NCBI GenBank assembly: GCA_034422515.1 | Contig: DAOUJP010000025.1 | Location: forward strand, 221,692-285,691 | Source: Chloroflexota bacterium | GTDB taxonomy: Bacteria > Chloroflexota > UBA11872 > UBA12225 > JAJDUF01 | Length of the DNA stretch: 64,000 bases | Direction of reading: 5' to 3' | Shown here: positions 25,686 through 35,807 of the stretch, piece by piece | Layout: each line of letters starts with the position of its first letter | Numbering within the stretch: the first letter of the stretch is position 1 | Made by a program: the position numbers and the translations under genes | Notes under the pieces: generated by a model | Databases searched by the model: none | Seen by the model: only the letters and a program-made list of their open reading frames with translations | Told to the model about the DNA's origin: nothing

Positions 25686-27728
25686 ATGAGCATGGCTATC
25701 GCAACTGCACCGCAGACCCGCACGGACACCGACTTGAGTACGGACCTGAGCACCGACCAACTCCGGGAAACGTATGCGCTGATGTGGCGCATCCGCTATT
25801 TCGAGGAGACGGTGCTGGATCTCTTCAACAAGGGCCACATCCGCGGCACCGCCCACCTCTACATCGGCATGGAAGCCGTTGCGGCCGGCACGCGGGCGGC
25901 CATGGGTCCCGACGACTTCCTGGCGAGCACGCATCGCGGTCACGGGCATAGCCTGGCGATGGGCCTCGATCCCAAGCCAATGATGGCCGAGCTACTCGGT
26001 CGCGGCGACGGCTACTGCAAGGGCAAGGGTGGATCCATGCACGTGGCCTGCCTGGCCCTGGGGATGCTGGGCGCGGATGCCGTGGTCGGGGCCAATGCGC
26101 CGATCACCACCGGCGCGGCGCTGGCAGCGCGACTGAAGGGCGAGGACCGCGTCGGGATCAGCTTTTTCGGCGACGGCGCCGCCAGCCAAGGGGTCGTGCT
26201 GGAGGCGCTCAACATCGCCGCCGTGTCCAAGCTACCCGTCGTCTTCATCTGCGAGAACAACCAGTGGGCCTTATCCACCTCGATCCAGTCCACGCTCTCC
26301 GTGCCCGACGTAGCCACCCGCGCCCAGGGGTTCGGGCTGCCGAGCGTCATCGTAGACGGTCAAGATGCCCTCGCCATGCATGAAGCGGCCCAGGAGGCAA
26401 TTGACCGCGCCCGCGCCGGTGACGGTCCGACCCTGATCGAGGCCAAGACCTATCGCTTCCACACCCACTCCGCCTTTGCGACCAAAGACCCCCGCGCGGC
26501 CGACGAAGTGGCCTTCTGGAAGAGCCGCGATCCCATCGAAATCCTCGGCGCCAAGCTGCTCGACGCCGGCGTGCTCACCGCGGCCGAACTGGATGCGCTG
26601 CGTGCCCACGAAGCGGCCCTGGCCCAAGAAGCGGCCGACTTTGCCGTCGCCAGCCCGTATCCCGCACCGGAAGAGGCCTTGACCGACGTGTTCTTGCCGT
26701 CCGAGACGGAGAGCTACAGCGAGCCGGGTCACCCGGCGCCGGAATCCGGTGTGCGGCAACTCAACATGGTCGAAGCACTCAACGAGGCCCTGCACGAGGA
26801 GATGGCGCGCGACTCGACCGTGTTCATCATGGGTGAGGACATCGGCAACATCGGTGGCCTGTTCGGTGTCACCGGTGGCCTGCTGGAGCGGTTCGGCGAG
26901 GAGCGCATCCGCGAGATGCCGATTGCCGAGCCGGGCTACACCGGCGTCGGCGTCGGCGCGGCCATTGCCGGCGCGCATCCCGTCGTCGAGATACAGGTGA
27001 TGGACTTCCTCTCCCTGACGATGGACCAGCTCGCCAACCACGCCGCCAAGCTCCGCTACATGACCGGCGGTCAGGCGTCGGTGCCGATGGTGCTGCGTGG
27101 TGTCGTGATGACCGGCATCGGCCTGGCGGCGCAGCATTCGCAGAGCCTCGAAGCGTGGGTGGCGCACATTCCGGGCCTCAAGGTCATCATGCCCAGCACA
27201 CCCTACGACGCCAAGGGTCTCATGAAGAGCGCCATCCGCGACGGCAACCCGGTCGTCTGCTTCGAGAAGCGCCTGCTCTACGCCGCGGCCGGTCCGGTGC
27301 CGGAGGAGGAATACCTGGTGCCCTTTGGTCAGGCTGCCGTCCGCCGGACCGGCGACGATCTGACGATTGTCGCCAGCGGCCTGTCGGCACAGATGGCTAT
27401 TGAGGCCGCTGAGACGCTGGCCGCCGAGGGCATCGAGGCCGAGGTGATTGACCTGCGGACTTTGGTCCCGCTCGATATGGACACGATCATCGAGTCTGTC
27501 GCCAAGACCCACCGCGTGATCGTCGCCAACGACGGCTATCGCAACTGCGGCTTTGCTGCCGAGGTGATGGCGCGGATCATGGAGCAGGGGTTCGACTATC
27601 TGGACGCGCCGGTCATGCGCGTGACCTCGGAGGACGTGCCGATCCCCTGCTCCGAGGCCCTGGAGCAGGTCGCACTGATTAGCGCCGACAAGATCGCCAC
27701 CGCTGCCCGCGACCTACTGGAAGCCTAG
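25686..27728 (+). CDS. TPP-dependent 2-oxoacid dehydrogenase E1 component, fused alpha and beta subunits
   Basis: The alpha part carries the TPP motif GDGA...NN (FFGDGAASQGVVLEALNIAAVSKLPVVFICENNQWA). The beta part carries transketolase-like pyrimidine and C-terminal domains (EMPIAEPGYTGVGVGAAIAG...). Confidence 0.9.
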   Translation: MSMAIATAPQTRTDTDLSTDLSTDQLRETYALMWRIRYFEETVLDLFNKGHIRGTAHLYIGMEAVAAGTRAAMGPDDFLASTHRGHGHSLAMGLDPKPMMAELLGRGDGYCKGKGGSMHVACLALGMLGADAVVGANAPITTGAALAARLKGEDRVGISFFGDGAASQGVVLEALNIAAVSKLPVVFICENNQWALSTSIQSTLSVPDVATRAQGFGLPSVIVDGQDALAMHEAAQEAIDRARAGDGPTLIEAKTYRFHTHSAFATKDPRAADEVAFWKSRDPIEILGAKLLDAGVLTAAELDALRAHEAALAQEAADFAVASPYPAPEEALTDVFLPSETESYSEPGHPAPESGVRQLNMVEALNEALHEEMARDSTVFIMGEDIGNIGGLFGVTGGLLERFGEERIREMPIAEPGYTGVGVGAAIAGAHPVVEIQVMDFLSLTMDQLANHAAKLRYMTGGQASVPMVLRGVVMTGIGLAAQHSQSLEAWVAHIPGLKVIMPSTPYDAKGLMKSAIRDGNPVVCFEKRLLYAAAGPVPEEEYLVPFGQAAVRRTGDDLTIVASGLSAQMAIEAAETLAAEGIEAEVIDLRTLVPLDMDTIIESVAKTHRVIVANDGYRNCGFAAEVMARIMEQGFDYLDAPVMRVTSEDVPIPCSEALEQVALISADKIATAARDLLEA

Positions 27729-27741
27729 CCTCCGAGGCCCC

Positions 27742-27776
27742 GTCCCCCTGCGAAGCGGGGGGACCATAGGGGGGCC
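27742..27776 (+). repeat. module B hairpin repeat copy
   Basis: gtccccctgcgaagcggggggaccataggggggcc. Confidence 0.85.
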
Positions 27777-27805
27777 TGTATCCTACACGGCCCTCTCCTC
27801 CCAGT

Positions 27806-29329
27806 TCAAGCCGCCTCTTCCCCCGCCATCGTGCGGTCAAACAGCTCGACGACCTCCTCGGACGGCTTAACCGTTAGGAGCGTGACCGCGACGGCCACCA
27901 GTATCGCCAGCAGGAAGCCAGGCGTGGCCGGCTGAATGTCCCATAGCCCGCCGGGACCGCCGGAGAGGTATCCCCAGATGGAGGAAACGACCGTGCCGGT
28001 AAGAATGGACGCTAACGCGCCCCAAAAGTTGAACCGGCGCCAATAGAGCGCCAGCAACGTGACCGGCCCAAACGCCGCGCCCATGCCGCCCCAGGCGTAA
28101 GCAACCAAGGTGGATACCGATTCCGGGTTGAATATCGAAAGCAGTGCAGCGATGACACCGACGACCACGAGCAACAGGCGGCCCACCCACACGCGGATAA
28201 ACGCGCCCAGCACGAACACGTATCTCTTCGCATAGATCAGCCGCTTGATGAACGGCAGGTCGTCGGTAGCGACCGCGGAAGCCAGCAGGAGCTGCGAGTC
28301 CGCCGTGCTCATCACCGCCGCAATCACCGCCGTCAACAGCAGGCCGGTAATCGCGGGGATGAAGAACGTTTCCGAAGCCACGAGGAAGACTCGCTCCGGG
28401 TCCGCCGTGACTTCTGCCAGCATATTCGCTTGCGACAGGGCGGGGAGCGCCACCAACCCCAGGAGTAGCCCGAACGAGAACATCAAGAGAATCCAGGCGG
28501 TACCGAGGTCGCGGCTCGGTGCAATCTGCTCCTCGCTCTCCACCGCCATGAACCGCTGCAAGACCCGCTGCGAGCCGAAGTACCCCGCTCCCCAGCCGGC
28601 TGCGGACAACAGGAAGAAGAAGGTGATCGGCTCACCGTCGGCATCGGTCAGCGGATTCCAGAAACCGGCTGGCACGTCGCCGGTACCCTGGAAGGGGTTG
28701 CCGGCCATGGCAATCAACGTCACAGGCAGGATGATGAAGCCGCCCAGCATGATGAGCGCTTGAAATACGTCCGTCCGCGAGACGGCGAGAAACCCGCCAA
28801 TGAACGTATAGGACGCCACCGCGATCAGCGTCACGATGATGCCGGTGTTGTAGCCCAGCCCGAACACCGTCTCCAAGAGCTTGGCGCCAGCGATCAGACC
28901 GGAGCTAATGTAGAAAATCACGAAGAACACGGTGATGAAGCCCGAGAGCGTTCGCAACACCCCCGTCCGATCTCGGAAGCGCCGCTCGAAGAACTCCGGC
29001 AAGGTCAGCGAGTCTTCCGCGGCGATGGTAAAGCGGCGCAGCCGCTTGGCCAGGACCTTCCACGTGAGCCAGCTGCCGAGCACAAGGCCCACCAACGTCC
29101 ACAGCTCGATCAGGCCGTGCTGGAACGCCAAGGCCGGGAACACCAACATGGTCCAGCCACTCAACGCCGACGAACCGGCACTCAACGCCGAGGTGATTCG
29201 ACCCACCCGCCGGCCGGCCAGGACATAGTCCGACATCTCCTGCATCCCGCGGGCGCGGGCTACCGCTATGCCGATCAGCACCAGAAAATAGATGACAAAG
29301 ACGGTCAGAATCCAAGGACTGAATTCCAT
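27806..29329 (-). CDS. sodium:solute symporter (SSS family, PutP-like)
   Basis: 13-TM topology and an N-terminus MEFSPWILTVFVIYFLVLIGIA...YVLAGRRVG typical of PutP. Confidence 0.9.
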   Translation of the reverse strand: MEFSPWILTVFVIYFLVLIGIAVARARGMQEMSDYVLAGRRVGRITSALSAGSSALSGWTMLVFPALAFQHGLIELWTLVGLVLGSWLTWKVLAKRLRRFTIAAEDSLTLPEFFERRFRDRTGVLRTLSGFITVFFVIFYISSGLIAGAKLLETVFGLGYNTGIIVTLIAVASYTFIGGFLAVSRTDVFQALIMLGGFIILPVTLIAMAGNPFQGTGDVPAGFWNPLTDADGEPITFFFLLSAAGWGAGYFGSQRVLQRFMAVESEEQIAPSRDLGTAWILLMFSFGLLLGLVALPALSQANMLAEVTADPERVFLVASETFFIPAITGLLLTAVIAAVMSTADSQLLLASAVATDDLPFIKRLIYAKRYVFVLGAFIRVWVGRLLLVVVGVIAALLSIFNPESVSTLVAYAWGGMGAAFGPVTLLALYWRRFNFWGALASILTGTVVSSIWGYLSGGPGGLWDIQPATPGFLLAILVAVAVTLLTVKPSEEVVELFDRTMAGEEAA

Positions 29330-29601
29330 GCTGACCTCCTGCAGTCAGTGTATTAAGTCCGGGCAAAGATACCGAGTGGGCAAGGTCGGAGCAACAACAC
29401 TCGAGACTGCTTGGTCAGTTCAAATGCCCAGTCATCGCCGCCGGATACGGGCTAGGGCAGCGGCGCCGCCCGCGGCTTGGCTTTCAACTCCTCTGTAGTG
29501 TGCAAGAGTAGCGAGGCCCCTTTGGTTGCGACGAGCACCACCGGCAAGCTCCCCCTCTCATTCGTCCGGGGGTGGAGCGAGGGCCGGTGGCTGAGGCCGG
29601 A

Positions 29602-31125
29602 TTAGACTTGGTCGCTCGCTGCCATTGACCGGTCAAATAACTCCACGACCTCCTCGGACGGCTTGGCTGTCAAAAGAGTGACCGCGATAGCCACCGGGAA
29701 CGCGAGCAGGAAACCGGGCGTGGCCGGCTGAATGTCCATGATCCCACCGGGTCCTCCCGAATAGTATCCCCAGATAGTGGAGACGACCGTGCCGGTGATG
29801 ATGGACGCCAGTGCGCCCCAGAAATTGAACCGGCGCCAATACAGCGCCAGAATTGTCACCGGGCCAAACGCTGCGCCCATGCCACCCCAAGCGTAGGCCA
29901 CCAAGTTGAGAACCGATTCCGGGTGGAGTATCGAAAGGAGGGCGGCGATGATGCCTACGATCACGAGCAGCAGGCGGCCCAGCCAAACGCGGACAAAGGC
30001 TCCCAGCACATAGACGTACCGCTTCGCGTAGGCGAGCCTCCTGATCAACGGCAGGTCGTCAGTAGCGACCGCGGAAGCCAAGAGCAATTGCGAATCCGCT
30101 GTGCTCATCACGGCTGCAATCACCGCCGTGAGCAAGACGCCGGCCACTATGGGATGAAAGAATAGCTCCGATACCACCAGATAGACCCGCTCCGGATCCT
30201 CCATGACCTCCGCCAGCGCACCCGCTTTCGCCAGAGCGGCGAACGCCATCACCCCTAGCAGCAGTCCGAAGATGTACGTTAAGAAACTCCATGCCGTACC
30301 CAGGTCACGACTGGCCGGTATCTTCGCTTCGCTCTCCACCGCCATGAACCGCTGCAAGATCCGCTGAGAGCCGAACGCGCCCAACCCCCACCCGGCGACC
30401 GAGAGCAGGAAGAAAACACCGATCGGCTCCCCGGCGGCATCGGTCAGCGGATTCCAGAAACCGGCAGAGACCGCTCCGGTCGTCTGGAAGGGATTGTCCG
30501 TGATGAAGATCAACGTGATCACCATGATGATGAAGCTGCCCGCCATCAGGATGGCCTGAAATACGTCGGTCCTGGAGACTGCCAAGAAGCCGCCGATCAG
30601 GGTGTACGAGGCCACGGCGAAAAACGTCAGCAGGATACCCACCGTCTCGTCCAGCCCGAATATCGTATTGAGGAGCTTGGAGCCGGCGATCATACCGGAG
30701 CTGACGTAGAAAATGACAAAGAAGACGGTGACAAATGCGGTAATAGTCCGCAGCACTCCCGTCCGATCATTGAAGCGTCGTTCGAAGAACTCCGGCAACG
30801 TGAGCGAGTCTTCGGCGGCGATGGTGAAGCGGCGCAACCGCTTGGCTACGATTTGCCAGTTCAACCACAGACCAAACACAATGCAAACGATCAGCCACAC
30901 TTGGATGAGGCCGCCTTGGAAGGCCAGGGCAGGCAGTACCAGCATCGTCCAGCCGCTCGACGTTGATGCGCCGGTGCTCAATGCCGACGTGATGATGCCG
31001 ATCCGCCGGCCGCCCAGGACGTAGTCCGACATCTCCTGCATCCCGCGGGCACGGGCTACCGCTATGCCGATCAGCGCCACGAAGTAGACCAGGAAGACGG
31101 TGACAATCCAGGGACTGAACTCCAT
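29602..31125 (-). CDS. sodium:solute symporter (SSS family, PutP-like), tandem paralog
   Basis: ~75% identical to the neighbouring gene, with the same length of 507 aa. Confidence 0.9.
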   Translation of the reverse strand: MEFSPWIVTVFLVYFVALIGIAVARARGMQEMSDYVLGGRRIGIITSALSTGASTSSGWTMLVLPALAFQGGLIQVWLIVCIVFGLWLNWQIVAKRLRRFTIAAEDSLTLPEFFERRFNDRTGVLRTITAFVTVFFVIFYVSSGMIAGSKLLNTIFGLDETVGILLTFFAVASYTLIGGFLAVSRTDVFQAILMAGSFIIMVITLIFITDNPFQTTGAVSAGFWNPLTDAAGEPIGVFFLLSVAGWGLGAFGSQRILQRFMAVESEAKIPASRDLGTAWSFLTYIFGLLLGVMAFAALAKAGALAEVMEDPERVYLVVSELFFHPIVAGVLLTAVIAAVMSTADSQLLLASAVATDDLPLIRRLAYAKRYVYVLGAFVRVWLGRLLLVIVGIIAALLSILHPESVLNLVAYAWGGMGAAFGPVTILALYWRRFNFWGALASIITGTVVSTIWGYYSGGPGGIMDIQPATPGFLLAFPVAIAVTLLTAKPSEEVVELFDRSMAASDQV

Positions 31126-31203
31126 GCCGGTACCTCCGAATATCGAGTGAGAAAAGTGTGTCTAGCGCAACAAGTTGCGGCAACATCTTTTGCGGCCGCC
31201 GGG

Positions 31204-32187
31204 TCAGCTCGACGCACCGTCAGGGCCGGCCGCCGATGGCTCGGCCTCGGGCTGCTCCCGGGGTGGCAAGAGGAGCGAAGCAGCGACCGATACGATGAGC
31301 ACCAAAGCGATCACGCCCAGGGAAATGGCCGTCGGCAGTTCGTAGTGGAACCACATCTCCAACAGGTCCTTAGTGAGCATCTTCAGCCCGACGAGCGCCA
31401 GAATGATGCCGAGTCCCATGCTGAGATAGTCCAGCGTGCGGAGCATACCGGCCAGCAGAAAGTACAGCGCCCGCAGCCCCAGGATAGCGAACACATTCGA
31501 GGTGAAGACGATGAACGGATCGGTTGTGATCCCCAGAATGGCCGGTACCGAGTCGACGGCGAACACCACGTCCGTCGTCTCGACGACGACGAGCACCGCC
31601 AACATCGGCGTGGCCATCAGTTTGCCGGCGTGCCGCACGAAGAAGCGCTGGCCATGGTATTCATCGGTCAGCGGCACCAAACGACGCAGCAGCCGCAGCA
31701 CCGGGTTCTCCCCCGGCTCGACCTCGACCCCGCTGTTCCGCGCCAGCTTGATCCCCGTGTACACGAGAAATGCCCCCAGCACGTAGAACATCCAGTGAAA
31801 GTTCTGCAGGAGCGCCACGCCGGCGAAAATGAAAACTCCCCGGAAGAACATCGCGCCCAAAATGCCCCAGAACAAGACGCGGTGCTGATACTCCGGCGCC
31901 ACGGCGAAGTACGTGAAGATCAACGCGAAGACGAACACGTTGTCTACGGAGAGGCTGTACTCGACGAGGTAGCCGGTGATGTATGCCAGACTTGGCTCCG
32001 ACCCCTGCCAAAACCACAGTAGCACTGCAAACGAGAGGCCGAGTGTCACCCAGCCCGCCGTCCACATTCCGGCCTCGCGGGTCGAAACCACGTGCGCCTT
32101 GCGGTTGAGCACGAGAAGATCAAAGCACAGTAACGACAGGATGACGGCGATGAAGACAACCCAAACCCACCATTCGACCTCTACCAT
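31204..32187 (-). CDS. TerC family integral membrane protein
   Basis: Conserved TerC motifs EYSLSVDNVFVF and ETTDVVFAVDSVPAILGIT. Confidence 0.9.
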   Translation of the reverse strand: MVEVEWWVWVVFIAVILSLLCFDLLVLNRKAHVVSTREAGMWTAGWVTLGLSFAVLLWFWQGSEPSLAYITGYLVEYSLSVDNVFVFALIFTYFAVAPEYQHRVLFWGILGAMFFRGVFIFAGVALLQNFHWMFYVLGAFLVYTGIKLARNSGVEVEPGENPVLRLLRRLVPLTDEYHGQRFFVRHAGKLMATPMLAVLVVVETTDVVFAVDSVPAILGITTDPFIVFTSNVFAILGLRALYFLLAGMLRTLDYLSMGLGIILALVGLKMLTKDLLEMWFHYELPTAISLGVIALVLIVSVAASLLLPPREQPEAEPSAAGPDGASS

Positions 32188-32358
32188 CAGGCTTCACTCC
32201 CCACGGCGCGATCAAAATGCCGACGGCCGTTGCAGCTCCGTTGGAAGCGGCACCGTCGGCTCCACGCACACGCTTGTGGTAGTCTAGCCGAAGTGTACCC
32301 GCTACGGTGCCGTTTACCGTAGCAGTACACGCATAGGCCGGGCAGCAAGGAGTTGACC

Positions 32359-32730
32359 ATGCCCTACCTGAACCCGCAAGACGCCAACAACGAGATCAGC
32401 ACGATGATCGCGGCGATCAAAGCCAGGCGCGGTCCGCCACCGTGGCGGGAGCCGCTCGTTGCCACGCCGGCCTTTCGGCAAGTGCTCCTGTACTGGATGC
32501 CGGGCGAGCAGCTTACTCCCCACTGGCACCCTCGTGCCAGCGAATCGTTCCTGGTGCTGGAGGGGAGCGGCACGTTCAAGATTGGTGACGCCCCACCAGT
32601 CGAGGTGCAGCCGGGCAACTGCCTGCTCGCGCTACCCGGCGTCCCGCACGAGATAGCGGTCAGTGCGACCGAACCGTTGCTTGTCCTCGCCACGGTCGCC
32701 CCCAACGAGCCGGACGACACCTACGAATAG
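32359..32730 (+). CDS. cupin domain protein
   Basis: AAGGAG RBS. Cupin motifs H.H....E (HWHPRASESFLVLEG) and PGVPHE. Confidence 0.75.
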   Translation: MPYLNPQDANNEISTMIAAIKARRGPPPWREPLVATPAFRQVLLYWMPGEQLTPHWHPRASESFLVLEGSGTFKIGDAPPVEVQPGNCLLALPGVPHEIAVSATEPLLVLATVAPNEPDDTYE

Positions 32731-32790
32731 GCCACGCAAGTCCAGCCGGGGAGCAGTGGCCGGAGCCGACATGTCTCGACGAACGAGGCC

Positions 32791-33135
32791 CTAGCTCACC
32801 CGGCGGCTATCCGGAGCAGCCCGGCGCGACGCCCGCTCGGCGAGGAAGTCGTCGCTGTAGAAGCCGGCCTCCTGGCCGCGATACACCGTCACCAGGAAGT
32901 CATCGCGGGCCACCTCGGCCGAGAGCACGAGCGCCTCGTCAATCCGCTCGATGAGGTCGAGTAGCGCCCCCTCGGTCATATCCTCTTCCAGGATGAGCGA
33001 GGCATATACGTCGCGCTGCGTATAGTGCAAGTCAACGTGCCCGATCCGCTGCTCCCCGTCGAGCAGATGATAGCCCTCCGAGGCAGCGGTGCGATACTGT
33101 CGCTCAAACCGCACGCTTTCGCTCATTTTGGTCAC
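32791..33135 (-). CDS. hypothetical protein
   Basis: 114-aa ORF in a coding-like frame and sensibly spaced. No motif recognised. Confidence 0.55.
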   Translation of the reverse strand: MTKMSESVRFERQYRTAASEGYHLLDGEQRIGHVDLHYTQRDVYASLILEEDMTEGALLDLIERIDEALVLSAEVARDDFLVTVYRGQEAGFYSDDFLAERASRRAAPDSRRVS

Positions 33136-33175
33136 TTTGTGCCAACCCGGCGGTCAGGTGGTCGCTCACTCGCGG

Positions 33176-34078
33176 CTAGGTCCCCAACTCCGCAAAGTCT
33201 AACCCTAAATCGAGGGCCGGCGCAGAGTGGGTCAGCGCACCTACTGATATGATGTCCACGCCGGCCTCAGCGTAGGCCCGCACCGTCTCCAATGTCACTT
33301 GCCCCGAGGCCTCCGTGATCGCGCGGCCGGCCACCAGTCCGACTGCGGTTTCCGCTTGCTCCGGTGACATATTGTCGAACGTGATCGCGTCGGCACCCGC
33401 AGCGAGCGCCTCCTCGACTTGCGCCAGCGTGTCCACCTCCACCTGCACCCGCACCGTGTGCGGTGCGTAGGCCCGTGCTCGCTCAATAGCAGTGCGGACC
33501 GAGCCGGCTACCAGCAGGTGATTGTCCTTGATGAGGATACCGTCGTAGAGCGCCTGGCGATGGTTACGCCCCCCACCGGCACGCACAGCGTACTTCTCCA
33601 GCACACGCAGGCCCGGCGTCGTCTTGCGGGTCTCGACGATAGTCGCGCCGGTACCCTCGATGGCAGCGACGTACCGGGCCGTCAGCGTTGCGACTCCCGA
33701 CAGCCGCTGGACGAAGTTGAGCGCCACCCGCTCCGCCGTCAGGATGCCGCGCGCCGGCCCCTGCACCGTCAACACGCGCTGACCGGGTGCCAGCCGCGAG
33801 CCGTCTCGCCGGTGGTACTCGACCTCCACCCGCGGCTCTACCAGCGAGAAGGTAAGGGCGGCCACCTCGGCCCCCGCCAGCACACCAGCCGTCCGCGCGA
33901 CCAGATGTGCCACGGCGCGGGCGCTCCGCGGCACCACTGCCGTTGCCGTGATGTCGCCCGGCCCTACATCCTCCACCAAGGCCTGCCGCACCATCGCCCG
34001 CACGACGCCCGGATCGGGCGGCTCCGGGAGGGGCGCATCATGTTGCGTCCCTCCTGGGGATGGTGAGTGCTCCAACAT
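33176..34078 (-). CDS. nadC: nicotinate-nucleotide pyrophosphorylase (carboxylating)
   Basis: QRLSGVAT...ETRKTTPGLR...KYAVRAGGG.NHR..L.D..LIKDNH fingerprint of NadC. Confidence 0.9.
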   Translation of the reverse strand: MLEHSPSPGGTQHDAPLPEPPDPGVVRAMVRQALVEDVGPGDITATAVVPRSARAVAHLVARTAGVLAGAEVAALTFSLVEPRVEVEYHRRDGSRLAPGQRVLTVQGPARGILTAERVALNFVQRLSGVATLTARYVAAIEGTGATIVETRKTTPGLRVLEKYAVRAGGGRNHRQALYDGILIKDNHLLVAGSVRTAIERARAYAPHTVRVQVEVDTLAQVEEALAAGADAITFDNMSPEQAETAVGLVAGRAITEASGQVTLETVRAYAEAGVDIISVGALTHSAPALDLGLDFAELGT

Positions 34079-34112
34079 CTCATGCTCCTATCGGACCGTG
34101 CTGCCCTGACAG

Positions 34113-35807
34113 TCAGAGGCTCACCGGGATGATGGATTGCATCGGCGAGAGGGCCGCTAGTTCCGCGAGTAGCTCCGGCGGCACCTGCTCATCCACGTTC
34201 ATCACCATGATCGACTCGCCGCGCGGCACGTGCCGACCGACCTGCATCCGCGAGATGTTGATGTCCCCGGTGCCCAGCAGGGTCCCCACGCGGCCGATCA
34301 CGCCGGGACGGTCCCGATGGGTCGTGATCAACAGATGGCCGAACGGATGGATGTCAATATCGAAGTCGTCAATACGCACAATGCGCGGCACGTCACTGAT
34401 GATCGTGCCGGCGACGAGACGGGCCGTCGCACCGGAATGCACCCGTAGCTCGATCAGGTTGGCATAGTCGCTTGCTCGGTCCGCACCACCTATGTCGGCA
34501 GATCGTGCGGAGCGAGCGAGTGAGTTGGCGGCAATCGCACTCTCTTTCCGCTCGCGCACGCGCAAACCTCGGCCGCGCGCCACGTGCCGCGCGTTCACGA
34601 TGTTCACCCGCTCGTCGGTGATGGGATCAATCAAGCCCTTGAGCGCCGCCGCCGTGAGGGGCGCGCTGTCATGCTCGGCCAGTAGGCCGGACAACGTGAC
34701 TTCCACCTCGTCAATACGGCCACCCGGCACAGCGCCGCTGACCTGCCGCAAGAAGGAGCCGAGCCGTTCCGCCAGGTCGAGGTACGGCTGGAGCAGTGAC
34801 AATGCGCCCGGCAGGATGAAGGGCGCGTTCACCGCACCAGCGACGTACTCACCCCGCAGCGCCGCAAGTGTCTGCTCGGCAACGTCCAGCGCCACCCCCC
34901 GCTGCGCTTCCTCGGTCGAGGCGCCCAGATGCGGCGTGAGCACCACGTTGGGCGCGTTCAGCAGCGGGCTACAGCGCGGTGGCTCCGTCTCGAACACGTC
35001 CACCGCGGCCCCGGCCAACCGCCCGGCCGTGAGGGCCGCGGCCAAGGCGTGCTCGTCTACGATTCCGCCGCGCGCGCAGTTGACGAGGCGTGCCGTGGGC
35101 TTGAGCAAGGCCAGCTTGTCGGCATCCAGGAGGCCGGCGGTGCTACTGGTCAGCGGAGCATGAACCGAGACGAAGTCGGCGCGCCGCAGCAGGTCCTCCA
35201 GGCCGGACAACTGCACACCGACCTGTTGAGCGCGATCCTCGGAGACAAACGGGTCGTGCGCGAGCACGGTCATCTCGAATGCCTGTGCCCGCCGCGCGAC
35301 TAGGCTGCCGATCCGCCCCAGACCGATGATGCCGAGGATTTTGCCGCGTAGCTCGACACCGACAAACTCACCACGCTCCCATTGCTTCTGGAGCACGGCA
35401 GCGTGCGCCGCCGGCACGTGTCGGGCCAGCGACAGGATCAAGGCCAGCGTATGCTCTACGGCCGCGTGCGTGTTGGCGGTCGCGGCATTGACAACAATGA
35501 CCCCGCGGCGCGTGGCCTCCGCGAGATCAATGTTGTCCACGCCCGTTCCGGCACGCCCGACGATGCGGAGCCGCTGGCCGGCGGCAAGCACCTTGGCCGT
35601 GACGGGCGCTTGGCTCCGCACGATCAGGGCATCGAAACGGGGCATGCGGGCGATCAGCTGTTGCTCGTCCAGGCCATTGGCAACGACCACCTCGGCTTGC
35701 TCGTGCAGCAGCGCCAGCCCCTCGCCCGCCAGTCCGTCGGCCACGAGCACGGTCGGGCACGACTGGGGGCGCGAGCCGGAACGGTAGCGCGGTGTCGTAT
35801 CAGCCAT
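34113..35807 (-). CDS. serA: D-3-phosphoglycerate dehydrogenase (type I, with ASB and ACT domains)
   Basis: Start ATG 35807 overlaps the upstream stop (ATGGCTGA). Rossmann motif GLGRIGSLVARRA, catalytic ARGGIVDE and HLGAST, and a C-terminal ACT regulatory region. Confidence 0.9.
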   Translation of the reverse strand: MADTTPRYRSGSRPQSCPTVLVADGLAGEGLALLHEQAEVVVANGLDEQQLIARMPRFDALIVRSQAPVTAKVLAAGQRLRIVGRAGTGVDNIDLAEATRRGVIVVNAATANTHAAVEHTLALILSLARHVPAAHAAVLQKQWERGEFVGVELRGKILGIIGLGRIGSLVARRAQAFEMTVLAHDPFVSEDRAQQVGVQLSGLEDLLRRADFVSVHAPLTSSTAGLLDADKLALLKPTARLVNCARGGIVDEHALAAALTAGRLAGAAVDVFETEPPRCSPLLNAPNVVLTPHLGASTEEAQRGVALDVAEQTLAALRGEYVAGAVNAPFILPGALSLLQPYLDLAERLGSFLRQVSGAVPGGRIDEVEVTLSGLLAEHDSAPLTAAALKGLIDPITDERVNIVNARHVARGRGLRVRERKESAIAANSLARSARSADIGGADRASDYANLIELRVHSGATARLVAGTIISDVPRIVRIDDFDIDIHPFGHLLITTHRDRPGVIGRVGTLLGTGDINISRMQVGRHVPRGESIMVMNVDEQVPPELLAELAALSPMQSIIPVSL

